NCBI RefSeq assembly: GCF_046105845.1
Contig: NZ_CP151004.1
Strand: one strand, 5' to 3'
Length of the DNA: 64,000 nt
Origin: Escherichia coli
GTDB taxonomy: Bacteria > Pseudomonadota > Gammaproteobacteria > Enterobacterales > Enterobacteriaceae
Of this stretch, positions 46,300 through 57,968 are shown one piece after another; within the stretch, counting starts at the first letter, position 1; each line of letters begins with the position of its first letter. Under the pieces are notes generated by a model, which was given only the letters and a program-made list of their open reading frames with translations, searched no databases and was not told the origin of the DNA. A program made the translations under genes and the position numbers.

Positions 46300-47523
46300 T
46301 CAATGCGCATGGGTAGCACTTTCAGAGCGCATCCGCTCCAGTGCGCCAGAAATATTGGCTTCGGAATCAATCAGGAACAGGCCGCTGGAAACCACCTTTT
46401 CACCTTCCGCCAGACCAGAGCGTAACGCGGTGACGCCTTGCGATGCCTGGAAAACGGCAACGCGTTTCGGTACAAAGCGTCCGTCGGCATCAACGGTAAT
46501 CACCCGCTGTTCACTGCCGGTATCAATCAGCGCCTGTGACGGAATGAGCAGCATCGGTTCGCTGGTGGTATTGAGTTGCAACCAGGCGTTCATGCCCGGT
46601 TTTAGCGACTCGTCGGCGTTGTCGACTTCCAGACGCAGCTGCAGCGTGCGGGTCGCGGCATCCACGCCGGGTAGCAGCGTCCATTTGCGAATGGTGAGTG
46701 TTTTATCAGGTCGCGCCGGAACGGTGAGCGTAAACTGCGAGGCATCTTTCACCAGCCAGGCGATGGACTCCGGGATCGCTGCAGTGACCCACACCGGGTC
46801 CATACCCTGAATTTTCGCGACCACATTATCTTTGGCGATATTCATTCCCGCGCGCAGATCAAACGCGGTGATCACGCCATCAATGGGCGCTTTGAGCGTA
46901 AAGCGAGTCTGTATTTTTTGCGTGGCGATCAGGCGGCGAATATCCGCCTCCGGCATTCCCGCCAGTCGCAGTCGCTCAAGAATGCCTTCAGTCTGGGTCG
47001 CCGTACCGCCGGTTTCGCGCAGCAGTAAATACTCACTCTGCGCTTCCACCCAGTCGGGAATGGTCAGGTCGAGAAGCGGTGTGCCCTTTTGTACTTTATC
47101 GCCCACCGTAAGCGGATACACCTTGTCGATAAATCCGGCAGCGCGAGCCTGCACAATGGCATACTGATACTCGTTGTAACTGACATTCGCCGGGAAACTC
47201 TGGGCAAAAGTCAGCGGCCCGCGCGTGACGGTAGCCGTTTTCACCCCCAGATTCTGCGTCTGGGTCGGGTCAATGCGTACACCAGACGCAGAACTCTCTT
47301 CATCGGCATATTTCGGCACCAGATCCATATCCATAAACGGCGATTTACCTGGTTTATCGAACCGCGTATTGGGATACATCGGGTCGTACCAGAATAAGAT
47401 TTTACGTTCTGCGGTCGGCGTTTTTTCTGCGGGCGGTTCAGCCTTTGCAAACCAGGTAAAACCTGCCGCAGAAATAATACCGCCCGCGATCATGCTGCCG
47501 ATAATAAGCGCGATTTTTTTCAT
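46300..47523 (-). CDS. cusB: Cu(I)/Ag(I) efflux membrane fusion protein CusB
   Basis: 407 aa ORF; synteny. Confidence 0.95.
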   Translation of the reverse strand: MKKIALIIGSMIAGGIISAAGFTWFAKAEPPAEKTPTAERKILFWYDPMYPNTRFDKPGKSPFMDMDLVPKYADEESSASGVRIDPTQTQNLGVKTATVTRGPLTFAQSFPANVSYNEYQYAIVQARAAGFIDKVYPLTVGDKVQKGTPLLDLTIPDWVEAQSEYLLLRETGGTATQTEGILERLRLAGMPEADIRRLIATQKIQTRFTLKAPIDGVITAFDLRAGMNIAKDNVVAKIQGMDPVWVTAAIPESIAWLVKDASQFTLTVPARPDKTLTIRKWTLLPGVDAATRTLQLRLEVDNADESLKPGMNAWLQLNTTSEPMLLIPSQALIDTGSEQRVITVDADGRFVPKRVAVFQASQGVTALRSGLAEGEKVVSSGLFLIDSEANISGALERMRSESATHAH

Positions 47524-47538
47524 CTCATTAAACCTGGG

Positions 47539-47871
47539 TTACTGGCTGACTTTAATATCCTGTAATAAAGAAAGGTTGCCCTGCTGGACAAAATTAAACG
47601 CCACTTTGTCGCCGGTTTTAATTTCACTCATTTTCGTCTGCGGGGTGATGGTAAAGCGCATGGTCATCTCCGGCCAGTTCACGGCTACAATCGGATCGTG
47701 ATGGATGGTGATTTTTTTGCTTTCCAGATCAACACCTTTTACCACCCCAGTGGCGCTAATGACCTGTGGTTTTGCTTCGCTCGTGGTTTCATGATGATGT
47801 TCGTTAGCCTGGGCATTAAAGCCAATAATGGTAAACAGACTGAACATTGCGACTTGCAGTGCTTTTTTCAT
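47539..47871 (-). CDS. cusF: Periplasmic copper chaperone CusF
   Basis: 110 aa ORF with signal peptide and His-rich N-terminus. Confidence 0.93.
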   Translation of the reverse strand: MKKALQVAMFSLFTIIGFNAQANEHHHETTSEAKPQVISATGVVKGVDLESKKITIHHDPIVAVNWPEMTMRFTITPQTKMSEIKTGDKVAFNFVQQGNLSLLQDIKVSQ

Positions 47872-47894
47872 TTATTCTCTCCTGGAGTTAAAAA

Positions 47895-49277
47895 TTATTG
47901 CTGCCAACCGCCACCAAGTGCGGCATATAAAGAAATTTCGTTAACCTGACGGGCATAATTCAGGTCAAGTAAGGTTTGTCGGGTTGCAAATAAAGAACGC
48001 TCGGCATCCAGCACTTCCAGATAACTTACCGCGCCGTGCTGATATAATGCCCGCGCCCGTTGCAAAGTAATTTGCAGCGACGCCAGATAACGCTGCTGGG
48101 CGCTGATTTGATCGTTCAGGCTTTGACGTAATGCCAGCGCATCTGCCACTTCTTTAAAGGCGTTCTGGATTTTCTGTTCATAATTCACTACCGACTGCTG
48201 CTGGCGAATTTCGGCGATATCCAGATTGGCCTGGTTGCGTCCGGCATTAAAAATGGGGATCTCAATTTTCGGAATAAAATTCCACATCCCGCTGCTGGCG
48301 TTAAATAATGACGACAGATCGCTGCTGGCGGTTGATATTCCGCTGGTCAGGCTTATAGATGGGAAAAATGCCGCGCGTGCGGCCCCAATATTGGCATTAG
48401 CCGCCATTAACGCGTGTTCAGCTTCCATAATATCCGGGCGCTGCAATAAGATTTGCGACGACAAGCCCGCCGGTAATTTAACGCTTTGCAGGCTGTCGCT
48501 GTTTACTGTCTGCGCTTGCGGCAGCTTGCCGTAGCTTCCCAATAACAGTTGCAATGCATTATTCGCCTGCGCCAGTTCCCCCTGACGTTTAGCGATGTCA
48601 CTGCGGGTACTTTCTATCACCCCGCGAGCCTGTTCCAGCGCCAGAACATTGCTGCTACCGGTCAACAGTTGTTTTTCGACAAACGCATATGACTGCTGAT
48701 AATTACGCAGCGTTTCTTCGGCGATTTGCAATTGCGCATACGCCAGCTGCTGATTGAAATAGCTTTGCGCGACATTAGAAACCAGCAGAATATGCACCGC
48801 GCGCTGGGCTTCCTCCGTGGCTAAATAATTTTGGCGCTCGGCTTCGCTCATGTTCTTTAAGCGACCGAAAAAATCGAGATCAAAGCTGGCGTTAAGGCCA
48901 GTCGAGAACTCCCGCGTCGTGGCTGAATCGCCTTTAAGATTGCCGCTCCAGCTGCCGCTGCCCTCGCCATTGAGCTGTGGGTAGCGGTCGGTATCGGTCA
49001 GACGATATTGCGCCCGCGCTTCCTGCACTTTCAGCGTCGCCATGCGCAAATCCCGGTTATTCACCAGCGCCTCGCTAATCAGCGTCTTCACCTGATTATC
49101 AACAAAAAAGGTGCGCCAGCCCGCGTTCTGGTAGTTATCTGCTGCGTTAACCAGGCCGTTCTGGCTGAGTGAGAACTGCTGCGGCACGGGCATTGCCGGA
49201 CGCTGATAATCCGGTGCCAGTGAACAACCGGTTAGCGCAAGGGCCACACAAAATGGCAGAAGTTTACAAGGAGACAT
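47895..49277 (-). CDS. cusC: Cu(I)/Ag(I) efflux outer membrane factor CusC
   Basis: 460 aa ORF with lipoprotein signal (LTGCSLAP); synteny. Confidence 0.93.
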   Translation of the reverse strand: MSPCKLLPFCVALALTGCSLAPDYQRPAMPVPQQFSLSQNGLVNAADNYQNAGWRTFFVDNQVKTLISEALVNNRDLRMATLKVQEARAQYRLTDTDRYPQLNGEGSGSWSGNLKGDSATTREFSTGLNASFDLDFFGRLKNMSEAERQNYLATEEAQRAVHILLVSNVAQSYFNQQLAYAQLQIAEETLRNYQQSYAFVEKQLLTGSSNVLALEQARGVIESTRSDIAKRQGELAQANNALQLLLGSYGKLPQAQTVNSDSLQSVKLPAGLSSQILLQRPDIMEAEHALMAANANIGAARAAFFPSISLTSGISTASSDLSSLFNASSGMWNFIPKIEIPIFNAGRNQANLDIAEIRQQQSVVNYEQKIQNAFKEVADALALRQSLNDQISAQQRYLASLQITLQRARALYQHGAVSYLEVLDAERSLFATRQTLLDLNYARQVNEISLYAALGGGWQQ

Positions 49278-49336
49278 AGGCTCATAATTTCTGGTGATTT
49301 TATGCTGCCAACTTTACTCGCCAGGCTCTGATTTTC

Positions 49337-49358
49337 CGGTGACAGGAAAATGACAAAA
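49337..49358. promoter_or_regulatory. CusR box in the cusC / cusR divergent promoter region
   Basis: Palindrome aaaatgacaa-aa-ttgtcatttt between cusC and cusR, matching the known CusR operator. Confidence 0.85.
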
Positions 49359-49433
49359 TTGTCATTTTGCCAATAAGCGATTGCCATCTGATCCCGCTAC
49401 TCTAGAATTGCCCGGGCAACATGCGGAGGAAAT

Positions 49434-50117
49434 ATGAAACTGTTGATTGTCGAAGATGAAAAGAAAACCGGAGAATACTTGACCAAAGGGTTAACCGAAG
49501 CCGGTTTTGTGGTCGATTTGGCCGACAATGGGCTGAATGGCTACCATCTGGCGATGACCGGTGATTATGACCTGATAATTCTCGATATTATGCTGCCGGA
49601 CGTGAACGGCTGGGATATCGTGCGCATGTTGCGTTCCGCCAATAAAGGGATGCCGATTCTGTTGCTTACCGCGCTTGGTACCATTGAACATCGCGTCAAG
49701 GGGCTGGAGTTGGGGGCGGATGACTACCTGGTGAAGCCGTTCGCTTTTGCTGAACTGCTGGCGCGGGTGCGCACCCTACTACGGCGCGGAGCGGCGGTGA
49801 TTATCGAAAGTCAGTTTCAGGTTGCCGATCTGATGGTCGATCTCGTCAGCCGCAAAGTCACCCGTAGCGGCACGCGCATCACGTTGACCAGTAAAGAATT
49901 TACTTTGCTGGAGTTTTTCCTCCGCCATCAGGGTGAAGTGCTGCCCCGCTCGCTTATCGCCTCGCAGGTGTGGGACATGAATTTCGACAGCGACACTAAC
50001 GCTATTGATGTGGCGGTGAAGCGGCTGCGCGGCAAAATCGACAATGATTTTGAACCAAAGTTGATTCAGACCGTGCGCGGCGTGGGTTACATGCTTGAGG
50101 TGCCGGATGGTCAGTAA
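49434..50117 (+). CDS. cusR: Copper-responsive response regulator CusR (OmpR family)
   Basis: 227 aa ORF recognised as CusR. Confidence 0.95.
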
Positions 50118-51549
50118 GCCATTTCAGCGCCCGTTTTCGCTGGCAACCCGCCTGACCTTTTTTATCAGCCTGGCCACCATCGCGGCGTTTTTCGCCTTTG
50201 CCTGGATCATGATCCACTCAGTAAAAGTGCATTTTGCCGAGCAGGATATTAATGATTTAAAAGAGATTAGCGCCACTCTTGAACGGGTACTTAATCACCC
50301 TGACGAAACGCAAGCCCAACGCTTAATGACGCTGGAAGATATCGTCAGTGGTTATTCCAATGTGTTGATTTCCCTGGCAGATAGCCACGGTAAAACGGTG
50401 TATCACTCCCCCGGTGCGCCGGATATCCGCGAGTTTACGCGTGACGCCATACCCGATAAAGACACGCGGGGCGGTGAGGTGTATCTCCTTTCCGGCCCGA
50501 CGATTATGATGCCGGGCCACGGTCACGGGCATATGGAACACAGCAACTGGCGGATGATTAGCTTGCCGGTTGGCCCACTAGTGGACGGCAAACCGATTTA
50601 TACGCTCTACATTGCGCTTTCGATCGATTTTCATCTTCATTACATAAATGATTTGATGAATAAACTTGTAATGACCGCATCGATCATTAGCATCCTGATC
50701 GTCTTTATCGTGCTGTTGGCGGTACATAAAGGTCACGCGCCGATCCGCAGCGTCAGCCGTCAAATCCAGAATATCACCTCGAAAGATCTCGACGTTCGCC
50801 TTGACCCGCAGACCGTGCCGATTGAGCTGGAACAGTTGGTACTGTCGTTCAACCATATGATCGAGCGTATTGAGGATGTCTTTACCCGCCAGTCCAATTT
50901 CTCAGCGGATATCGCCCACGAAATTCGTACACCAATTACGAATCTCATCACGCAAACGGAAATCGCCCTCAGCCAGTCGCGCAGCCAGAAGGAGCTGGAA
51001 GATGTGCTCTACTCTAATCTCGAAGAGCTGACGCGAATGGCGAAAATGGTCAGCGATATGCTGTTTCTCGCCCAAGCCGATAACAACCAGTTAATCCCCG
51101 AAAAGAAAATGCTCAACCTGGCGGATGAAGTCGGCAAAGTGTTCGATTTTTTCGAGGCATTAGCGGAAGATCGCGGCGTGGAGTTGCGGTTTGTTGGTGA
51201 CGAATGTCAGGTTGCGGGCGATCCGCTGATGCTGCGTCGGGCGTTAAGCAACCTGCTTTCTAATGCCCTGCGTTATACGCCAACCGGAGAGGCAATTGTA
51301 GTGCGCTGTCAAATGGTCGATCACCAGGTGCAAGTTACCGTCGAAAACCCCGGTACGCCCATTGCGCCCGAACACTTACCGCGATTGTTTGACCGTTTCT
51401 ACCGCGTTGACCCCTCCCGCCAGCGAAAAGGTGAAGGTAGCGGCATTGGGCTGGCGATAGTGAAATCAATTGTTGTCGCGCATAAAGGCACGGTTGCGGT
51501 AACGTCGGATGCGCAGGGGACAAGGTTTGTTATCATATTACCCGCTTAA
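50107..51549 (+). CDS. cusS: Copper-sensing histidine kinase CusS
   Basis: ORF 50095..51549 trimmed to [16 protein letters not shown] (480 aa); overlaps the cusR stop by 11 nt. Confidence 0.93.
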
Positions 51550-51698
51550 TCCTTCAGCAAACGGCAACTTTTATAACCAGTGTAAAAATAACGTGCCGCA
51601 ATAGTCATACCTATTAATGGTAAAAAGCTGTCACAATTCATAAAAAACCTTAATATACGCCACCCTAAACATAACCAGCGTTAATGTAAGGTTTTTGT

Positions 51699-53936
51699 GT
51701 GGACTGGCTTCTTGATGTTTTTGCTACCTGGCTCTACGGCTTAAAAGTAATCGCGATAACGTTAGCGGTCATCATGTTCATCAGCGGGCTGGACGATTTT
51801 TTTATTGATGTCGTCTACTGGGTACGCCGCATTAAACGCAAGTTGAGTGTTTATCGCCGCTACCCGCGAATGAGTTACCGCGAACTGTATAAACCAGATG
51901 AAAAACCGTTAGCGATTATGGTTCCGGCGTGGAATGAAACGGGCGTCATCGGCAATATGGCCGAGCTGGCGGCGACCACGCTCGACTATGAAAACTATCA
52001 TATCTTTGTTGGCACCTACCCCAACGACCCCGATACTCAGCGTGATGTTGATGAAGTGTGCGCTCGCTTCCCAAACGTGCATAAGGTAGTCTGCGCGCGT
52101 CCTGGCCCCACCAGCAAAGCCGACTGCCTGAACAACGTGCTGGACGCCATCACCCAGTTTGAGCGTAGCGCCAATTTCGCTTTTGCTGGTTTTATTCTGC
52201 ATGACGCCGAAGACGTAATTTCACCGATGGAATTGCGTCTGTTCAACTATCTGGTCGAGCGTAAAGATCTGATTCAGATCCCGGTATACCCATTCGAACG
52301 CGAATGGACGCACTTCACCAGCATGACTTACATTGATGAGTTTTCAGAACTGCATGGCAAAGATGTTCCGGTGCGTGAAGCCCTCGCCGGACAGGTGCCC
52401 AGCGCAGGCGTCGGTACTTGTTTCAGCCGCCGCGCCGTGACCGCACTGTTAGCTGACGGTGACGGTATTGCTTTCGACGTGCAGAGTCTTACTGAAGATT
52501 ACGACATTGGTTTCCGCCTGAAAGAAAAAGGTATGACGGAAATTTTTGTCCGTTTTCCGGTGGTGGACGAAGCCAAAGAACGCGAGCAGCGTAAATTTTT
52601 ACAGCACGCACGGACGTCAAACATGATCTGCGTGCGCGAATATTTCCCCGATACCTTTTCGACTGCGGTTCGACAAAAATCTCGCTGGATCATCGGCATT
52701 GTTTTCCAGGGCTTTAAAACCCACAAATGGACCTCCAGCCTGACGCTGAACTACTTTCTCTGGCGCGACCGCAAAGGGGCAATCAGTAACTTTGTCAGCT
52801 TCCTCGCGATGCTGGTGATGATCCAGCTTTTGCTGTTACTGGCGTATGAAAGTTTGTGGCCCGATGCCTGGCATTTCCTTTCTATTTTCAGCGGCAGCGC
52901 ATGGTTAATGACCCTGCTGTGGCTAAACTTTGGTTTGATGGTTAACCGCATCGTGCAGCGGGTGATTTTTGTCACTGGCTACTACGGTCTGACGCAGGGG
53001 CTGCTATCTGTCCTGCGTCTTTTCTGGGGCAACCTGATTAACTTCATGGCCAACTGGCGCGCGTTAAAACAGGTACTTCAACACGGCGATCCACGTCGCG
53101 TCGCGTGGGATAAAACAACGCATGACTTCCCCAGCGTGACTGGCGATACCCGCTCGTTGCGCCCGTTAGGCCAAATTCTGCTGGAAAATCAGGTCATCAC
53201 TGAAGAACAACTCGATACAGCACTGCGTAATCGCGTCGAAGGTCTACGCCTGGGCGGTTCAATGCTGATGCAGGGGCTGATTAGCGCCGAACAGCTGGCA
53301 CAGGCGCTGGCAGAGCAAAACGGCGTGGCGTGGGAGTCGATCGACGCCTGGCAGATCCCTTCATCACTGATTGCCGAAATGCCGGCCTCCGTGGCGCTGC
53401 ATTATGCAGTACTGCCGCTGCGTCTGGAAAATGATGAGTTAATTGTCGGCAGTGAAGATGGTATTGACCCGGTTTCGCTGGCGGCCCTGACGCGTAAAGT
53501 CGGATGCAAAGTGCGTTACGTCATTGTTCTGCGGGGACAAATTGTCACGGGGTTACGCCACTGGTATGCGCGCCGACGCGGTCACGATCCGCGGGCAATG
53601 TTGTACAATGCGGTTCAGCATCAGTGGCTCACGGAACAGCAGGCCGGTGAAATCTGGCGGCAATATGTGCCGCATCAGTTCCTGTTCGCCGAAATACTGA
53701 CCACGCTCGGTCATATTAATCGTTCAGCAATTAACGTGTTGTTATTGCGCCATGAACGTAGTTCTCTGCCGCTCGGCAAGTTTTTGGTCACCGAAGGCGT
53801 TATCAGCCAGGAAACGTTGGATCGCGTCCTGACAATTCAACGCGAATTACAAGTTTCGATGCAATCACTATTACTCAAAGCAGGTTTAAACACAGAACAG
53901 GTTGCGCAACTGGAGTCCGAAAATGAAGGAGAATAA
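51699..53936 (+). CDS. nfrB: Bacteriophage N4 adsorption protein B (inner membrane glycosyltransferase family 2)
   Basis: 745 aa ORF recognised as NfrB; synteny with nfrA. Confidence 0.9.
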   Translation: MDWLLDVFATWLYGLKVIAITLAVIMFISGLDDFFIDVVYWVRRIKRKLSVYRRYPRMSYRELYKPDEKPLAIMVPAWNETGVIGNMAELAATTLDYENYHIFVGTYPNDPDTQRDVDEVCARFPNVHKVVCARPGPTSKADCLNNVLDAITQFERSANFAFAGFILHDAEDVISPMELRLFNYLVERKDLIQIPVYPFEREWTHFTSMTYIDEFSELHGKDVPVREALAGQVPSAGVGTCFSRRAVTALLADGDGIAFDVQSLTEDYDIGFRLKEKGMTEIFVRFPVVDEAKEREQRKFLQHARTSNMICVREYFPDTFSTAVRQKSRWIIGIVFQGFKTHKWTSSLTLNYFLWRDRKGAISNFVSFLAMLVMIQLLLLLAYESLWPDAWHFLSIFSGSAWLMTLLWLNFGLMVNRIVQRVIFVTGYYGLTQGLLSVLRLFWGNLINFMANWRALKQVLQHGDPRRVAWDKTTHDFPSVTGDTRSLRPLGQILLENQVITEEQLDTALRNRVEGLRLGGSMLMQGLISAEQLAQALAEQNGVAWESIDAWQIPSSLIAEMPASVALHYAVLPLRLENDELIVGSEDGIDPVSLAALTRKVGCKVRYVIVLRGQIVTGLRHWYARRRGHDPRAMLYNAVQHQWLTEQQAGEIWRQYVPHQFLFAEILTTLGHINRSAINVLLLRHERSSLPLGKFLVTEGVISQETLDRVLTIQRELQVSMQSLLLKAGLNTEQVAQLESENEGE

Positions 53937-56895
53937 CCTTAATCGCGTCATCGGATGGTCTGGTTTACTGCTGACGTCTTTATTGAGTACCAGCGCACTC
54001 GCAGACAATATCGGCACCAGCGCAGAAGAGCTGGGGCTGAGCGATTATCGCCATTTTGTTATTTATCCCCGTCTCGATAAGGCGCTGAAGGCACAGAAAA
54101 ATAACGACGAAGCAACCGCCATCCGCGAATTTGAATATATACACCAGCAGGTGCCGGATAATATTCCGCTGACTTTATACCTTGCGGAAGCCTATCGCCA
54201 TTTTGGTCATGATGACCGGGCGCGGCTGTTGCTTGAGGATCAACTGAAACGTCACCCAGGAGATGCCCGACTTGAGCGCAGTCTGGCGGCTATTCCAGTT
54301 GAAGTGAAAAGCGTTACGACTGTTGAAGAACTGCTTGCCCAGCAAAAAGCGTGCGACGCTGCGCCGACCCTGCGTTGTCGCAGTGAAGTCGGGCAGAATG
54401 CCCTGCGGCTGGCACAATTACCTGTCGCCAGAGCGCAACTGAACGATGCGACGTTTGCTGCATCGCCGGAAGGAAAAACGCTGCGAACCGATCTGCTGCA
54501 ACGCGCAATCTACCTGAAACAATGGTCCCAGGTAGATACGCTATACAATGAAGCACGCCAGCAGAACACATTAAGCGCGGCAGAACGCCGCCAGTGGTTT
54601 GATGTGCTTCTTGCCGGGCATCTGGACGATCGGATCCTGGCGCTGCAATCACAGGGGATCTTCACCGATCCTCAGTCATATATTACTTACGCGACCGCGC
54701 TGGCTTATCGTGGCGAAAAAGCACGCCTCCAGCATTATCTCATTGAAAATACGCCGCTATTTACCACGGACGCACAAGAGAAAAGTTGGCTCTATCTGTT
54801 ATCTAAATACAGCGGCAACCCCGTTCAGGCGTTGGCGAATTATACGGTACAGTTTGCCGACAACCGCCAGTATGTTGTTGGCGCGACGCTACCGGTGCTG
54901 TTAAAAGAAGGTCTGTACGACGCAGCGCAAAAACTGCTCGCCACCCTCCCCGCCAATGAAATGCTTGAGGAGCGTTATACCGTTAGCGTGGCGACCCGTA
55001 ACAAGGCTGAAGCTCTGCGTCTGGCACGATTGCTGTATCAGCAAGAACCGGCAAATCTTACCCGCCTGGATCAACTGACCTGGCAACTGATGCAGAACGA
55101 GCAGTCACGCGAAGCTGCCGATTTATTGCTGCAACGCTATCCTTTCCAGGGCGATGCGCGTGTCAGCCAGACTTTAATGGCGCGACTGGCGTCTCTGCTG
55201 GAAAGTCATCCTTACCTGGCAACTCCGGCGAAGGTGGCGATTTTATCGAAACCCTTACCGCTGGCGGAGCAACGTCAGTGGCAAAGTCAGTTGCCGGGTA
55301 TTGCAGATAATTGCCCGGCAATAGTTCGCTTGCTGGGCGATATGTCGCCTTCCTACGATGCCGCCGCCTGGAACCGTCTGGCAAAGTGTTATCGGGACAC
55401 GCTACCCGGTGTGGCGTTGTATGCATGGCTTCAGGCCGAACAACGACAACCGAACGCCTGGCAACATCGTGCGGTAGCCTATCAGGCGTATCAGGTTGAG
55501 GACTACGCCACCGCACTGGCGGCCTGGCAGAAAATCAGTCTTCACGACATGAGCAATGAGGATCTGCTTGCTGCTGCCAATACCGCCCAGGCGGCAGGAA
55601 ATGGTGCGGCTCGCGATCGCTGGCTTCAGCAGGCAGAACAACGTGGGCTGGGAAACAATGCCCTCTACTGGTGGCTGCATGCGCAACGTTACATTCCTGG
55701 TCAGCCGGAACTCGCACTGAACGATCTCACGCGCTCAATCAATATTGCGCCTTCTGCCAACGCTTACGTTGCGCGGGCGACAATTTATCGCCAACGTCAT
55801 AATGTCCCGGCGGCGGTGAGTGATTTGCGCGCCGCTCTGGAACTGGAACCGAATAATAGCAACACCCAGGCAGCGCTCGGTTACGCCTTGTGGGATAGCG
55901 GTGATATCGCACAGTCGCGGGAAATGCTCGAACAGGCGCATAAAGGGCTACCGGACGATCCGGCACTTATCCGACAACTGGCCTACGTGAACCAGCGTCT
56001 GGATGACATGCCTGCGACGCAGCACTACGCCCGGCTGGTGATTGATGACATTGATAATCAGGCGCTGATAACCCCACTGACCCCAGAGCAAAATCAGCAA
56101 CGCTTCAATTTCCGCCGTCTGCATGAGGAGGTCGGTCGCCGCTGGACGTTCAGTTTCGATTCTTCCATCGGCTTGCGTTCCGGCGCGATGAGTACCGCTA
56201 ACAATAATGTCGGCGGCGCAGCGCCAGGGAAAAGCTATCGTAGCTACGGGCAACTGGAAGCCGAGTACCGCATCGGACGCAATATGCTGCTGGAAGGCGA
56301 CCTGCTCTCGGTTTACAGCCGTGTATTTGCCGATACCGGAGAAAACGGGGTGATGATGCCGGTGAAAAATCCGATGTCCGGCACCGGTCTGCGCTGGAAG
56401 CCGCTGCGCGATCAGATCTTTTTCCTCGCCGTCGAACAGCAGTTGCCGCTGAACGGGCAAAATGGCGCATCCGATACCATGCTGCGCGCCAGCGCCTCAT
56501 TCTTTAATGGCGGCAAATACAGCGACGAATGGCACCCGAACGGTTCAGGCTGGTTTGCCCAAAACCTGTACCTCGATGCGGCGCAATATGTCCGCCAGGA
56601 TATTCAGGCGTGGACGGCAGATTATCGCGTAAGCTGGCATCAGAAGGTGGCGAACGGACAGACTATTGAGCCTTACGCTCACGTTCAGGACAACGGTTAT
56701 CGTGATAAAGGCACTCAGGGCGCGCAGCTTGGCGGTGTCGGGGTCCGCTGGAATATCTGGACCGGCGAGACGCACTACGACGCCTGGCCGCACAAAGTCA
56801 GTCTCGGCGTCGAATATCAACATACCTTTAAGGCGATTAATCAACGTAACGGAGAGCGCAACAACGCGTTTCTCACCATTGGAGTGCACTGGTAA
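53923..56895 (+). CDS. nfrA: Bacteriophage N4 adsorption protein A (outer membrane, TPR-containing)
   Basis: ORF 53902..56895 trimmed to MKENNLNRVIGWSGLL (990 aa); overlaps the nfrB stop. Confidence 0.9.
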   Translation: MKENNLNRVIGWSGLLLTSLLSTSALADNIGTSAEELGLSDYRHFVIYPRLDKALKAQKNNDEATAIREFEYIHQQVPDNIPLTLYLAEAYRHFGHDDRARLLLEDQLKRHPGDARLERSLAAIPVEVKSVTTVEELLAQQKACDAAPTLRCRSEVGQNALRLAQLPVARAQLNDATFAASPEGKTLRTDLLQRAIYLKQWSQVDTLYNEARQQNTLSAAERRQWFDVLLAGHLDDRILALQSQGIFTDPQSYITYATALAYRGEKARLQHYLIENTPLFTTDAQEKSWLYLLSKYSGNPVQALANYTVQFADNRQYVVGATLPVLLKEGLYDAAQKLLATLPANEMLEERYTVSVATRNKAEALRLARLLYQQEPANLTRLDQLTWQLMQNEQSREAADLLLQRYPFQGDARVSQTLMARLASLLESHPYLATPAKVAILSKPLPLAEQRQWQSQLPGIADNCPAIVRLLGDMSPSYDAAAWNRLAKCYRDTLPGVALYAWLQAEQRQPNAWQHRAVAYQAYQVEDYATALAAWQKISLHDMSNEDLLAAANTAQAAGNGAARDRWLQQAEQRGLGNNALYWWLHAQRYIPGQPELALNDLTRSINIAPSANAYVARATIYRQRHNVPAAVSDLRAALELEPNNSNTQAALGYALWDSGDIAQSREMLEQAHKGLPDDPALIRQLAYVNQRLDDMPATQHYARLVIDDIDNQALITPLTPEQNQQRFNFRRLHEEVGRRWTFSFDSSIGLRSGAMSTANNNVGGAAPGKSYRSYGQLEAEYRIGRNMLLEGDLLSVYSRVFADTGENGVMMPVKNPMSGTGLRWKPLRDQIFFLAVEQQLPLNGQNGASDTMLRASASFFNGGKYSDEWHPNGSGWFAQNLYLDAAQYVRQDIQAWTADYRVSWHQKVANGQTIEPYAHVQDNGYRDKGTQGAQLGGVGVRWNIWTGETHYDAWPHKVSLGVEYQHTFKAINQRNGERNNAFLTIGVHW

Positions 56896-57786
56896 ATGCG
56901 TAAGTTCATTTTCGTATTGCTGACACTGCTTTTGGTCAGCCCTTTTTCCTTTGCGATGAAAGGTATTATCTGGCAACCACAAAACCGTGATAGTCAGGTT
57001 ACCGATACCCAGTGGCAGGGGCTGATGAGTCAGTTACGTTTGCAAGGCTTCGATACCCTGGTTTTGCAATGGACCCGTTACGGCGATGCATTCACCCAGC
57101 CAGAACAGCGCGCGTTATTGTTTAAGCGTGCCGCAGCTGCGCAACAGGCTGGCCTGAAGCTGATTGTCGGGCTGAATGCCGATCCGGAATTTTTTATGCA
57201 CCAGAAACAGTCATCCGCGGCGCTGGAAAGCTATCTTAATCGCCTGCTGGCTGCCGATCTCCAGCAAGCCAGATTATGGAGCGCCGCGCCTGGCGTAACG
57301 CCGGATGGCTGGTACATCAGCGCGGAAATTGACGACCTGAACTGGCGCAGCGAAGCCGCCCGTCAACCTTTGCTGACATGGTTAAACAACGCGCAGCGGT
57401 TGATTAGCGATGTTTCAGCAAAACCGGTTTATATCAGTAGTTTTTTCGCCGGAAACATGTCGCCCGATGGCTATCGCCAACTGCTGGAACACGTTAAAAC
57501 AACCGGCGTTAATGTCTGGGTACAGGATGGCAGCGGCGTGAATAAACTTACCGCTGAACAGCGTGAACGTTATCTACAGGCCAGCGCCGATTGCCAAAGT
57601 TCCGCCCCTGCCAGCGGCATTGTTTATGAACTGTTTGTCGCCGGCAAAGGCAAAACCTTTACAGCGAAACCGAAACCGGATGCAGAGATCGCCTCGCTGT
57701 TAGCGAAACGTTCCTCTTGCGGTAAAGACACGCTCTATTTCTCTCTGCGCTATTTGCCCGTCGCGCACGGCATTCTCGAGTATTAA
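56896..57786 (+). CDS. ybcH: Uncharacterised protein YbcH
   Basis: 296 aa ORF with signal peptide; starts immediately after the nfrA stop. Confidence 0.85.
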   Translation: MRKFIFVLLTLLLVSPFSFAMKGIIWQPQNRDSQVTDTQWQGLMSQLRLQGFDTLVLQWTRYGDAFTQPEQRALLFKRAAAAQQAGLKLIVGLNADPEFFMHQKQSSAALESYLNRLLAADLQQARLWSAAPGVTPDGWYISAEIDDLNWRSEAARQPLLTWLNNAQRLISDVSAKPVYISSFFAGNMSPDGYRQLLEHVKTTGVNVWVQDGSGVNKLTAEQRERYLQASADCQSSAPASGIVYELFVAGKGKTFTAKPKPDAEIASLLAKRSSCGKDTLYFSLRYLPVAHGILEY

Positions 57787-57968
57787 ATCCCCTCCAGGTA
57801 AGTCGGGTACGACCTGACTTACCACTTTCGCTCTCGTCAGAATTCCATCAAGATTAATTGCTAAAAAGCGTGCTAAAGAAAGAAGATCGTTATCGGCGAA
57901 CGGGCCGATCACTCATGCAGGAAGCATAGATCCTTTGAGCGGAGTTTCTGATATCTGAGGAGTGCGAA

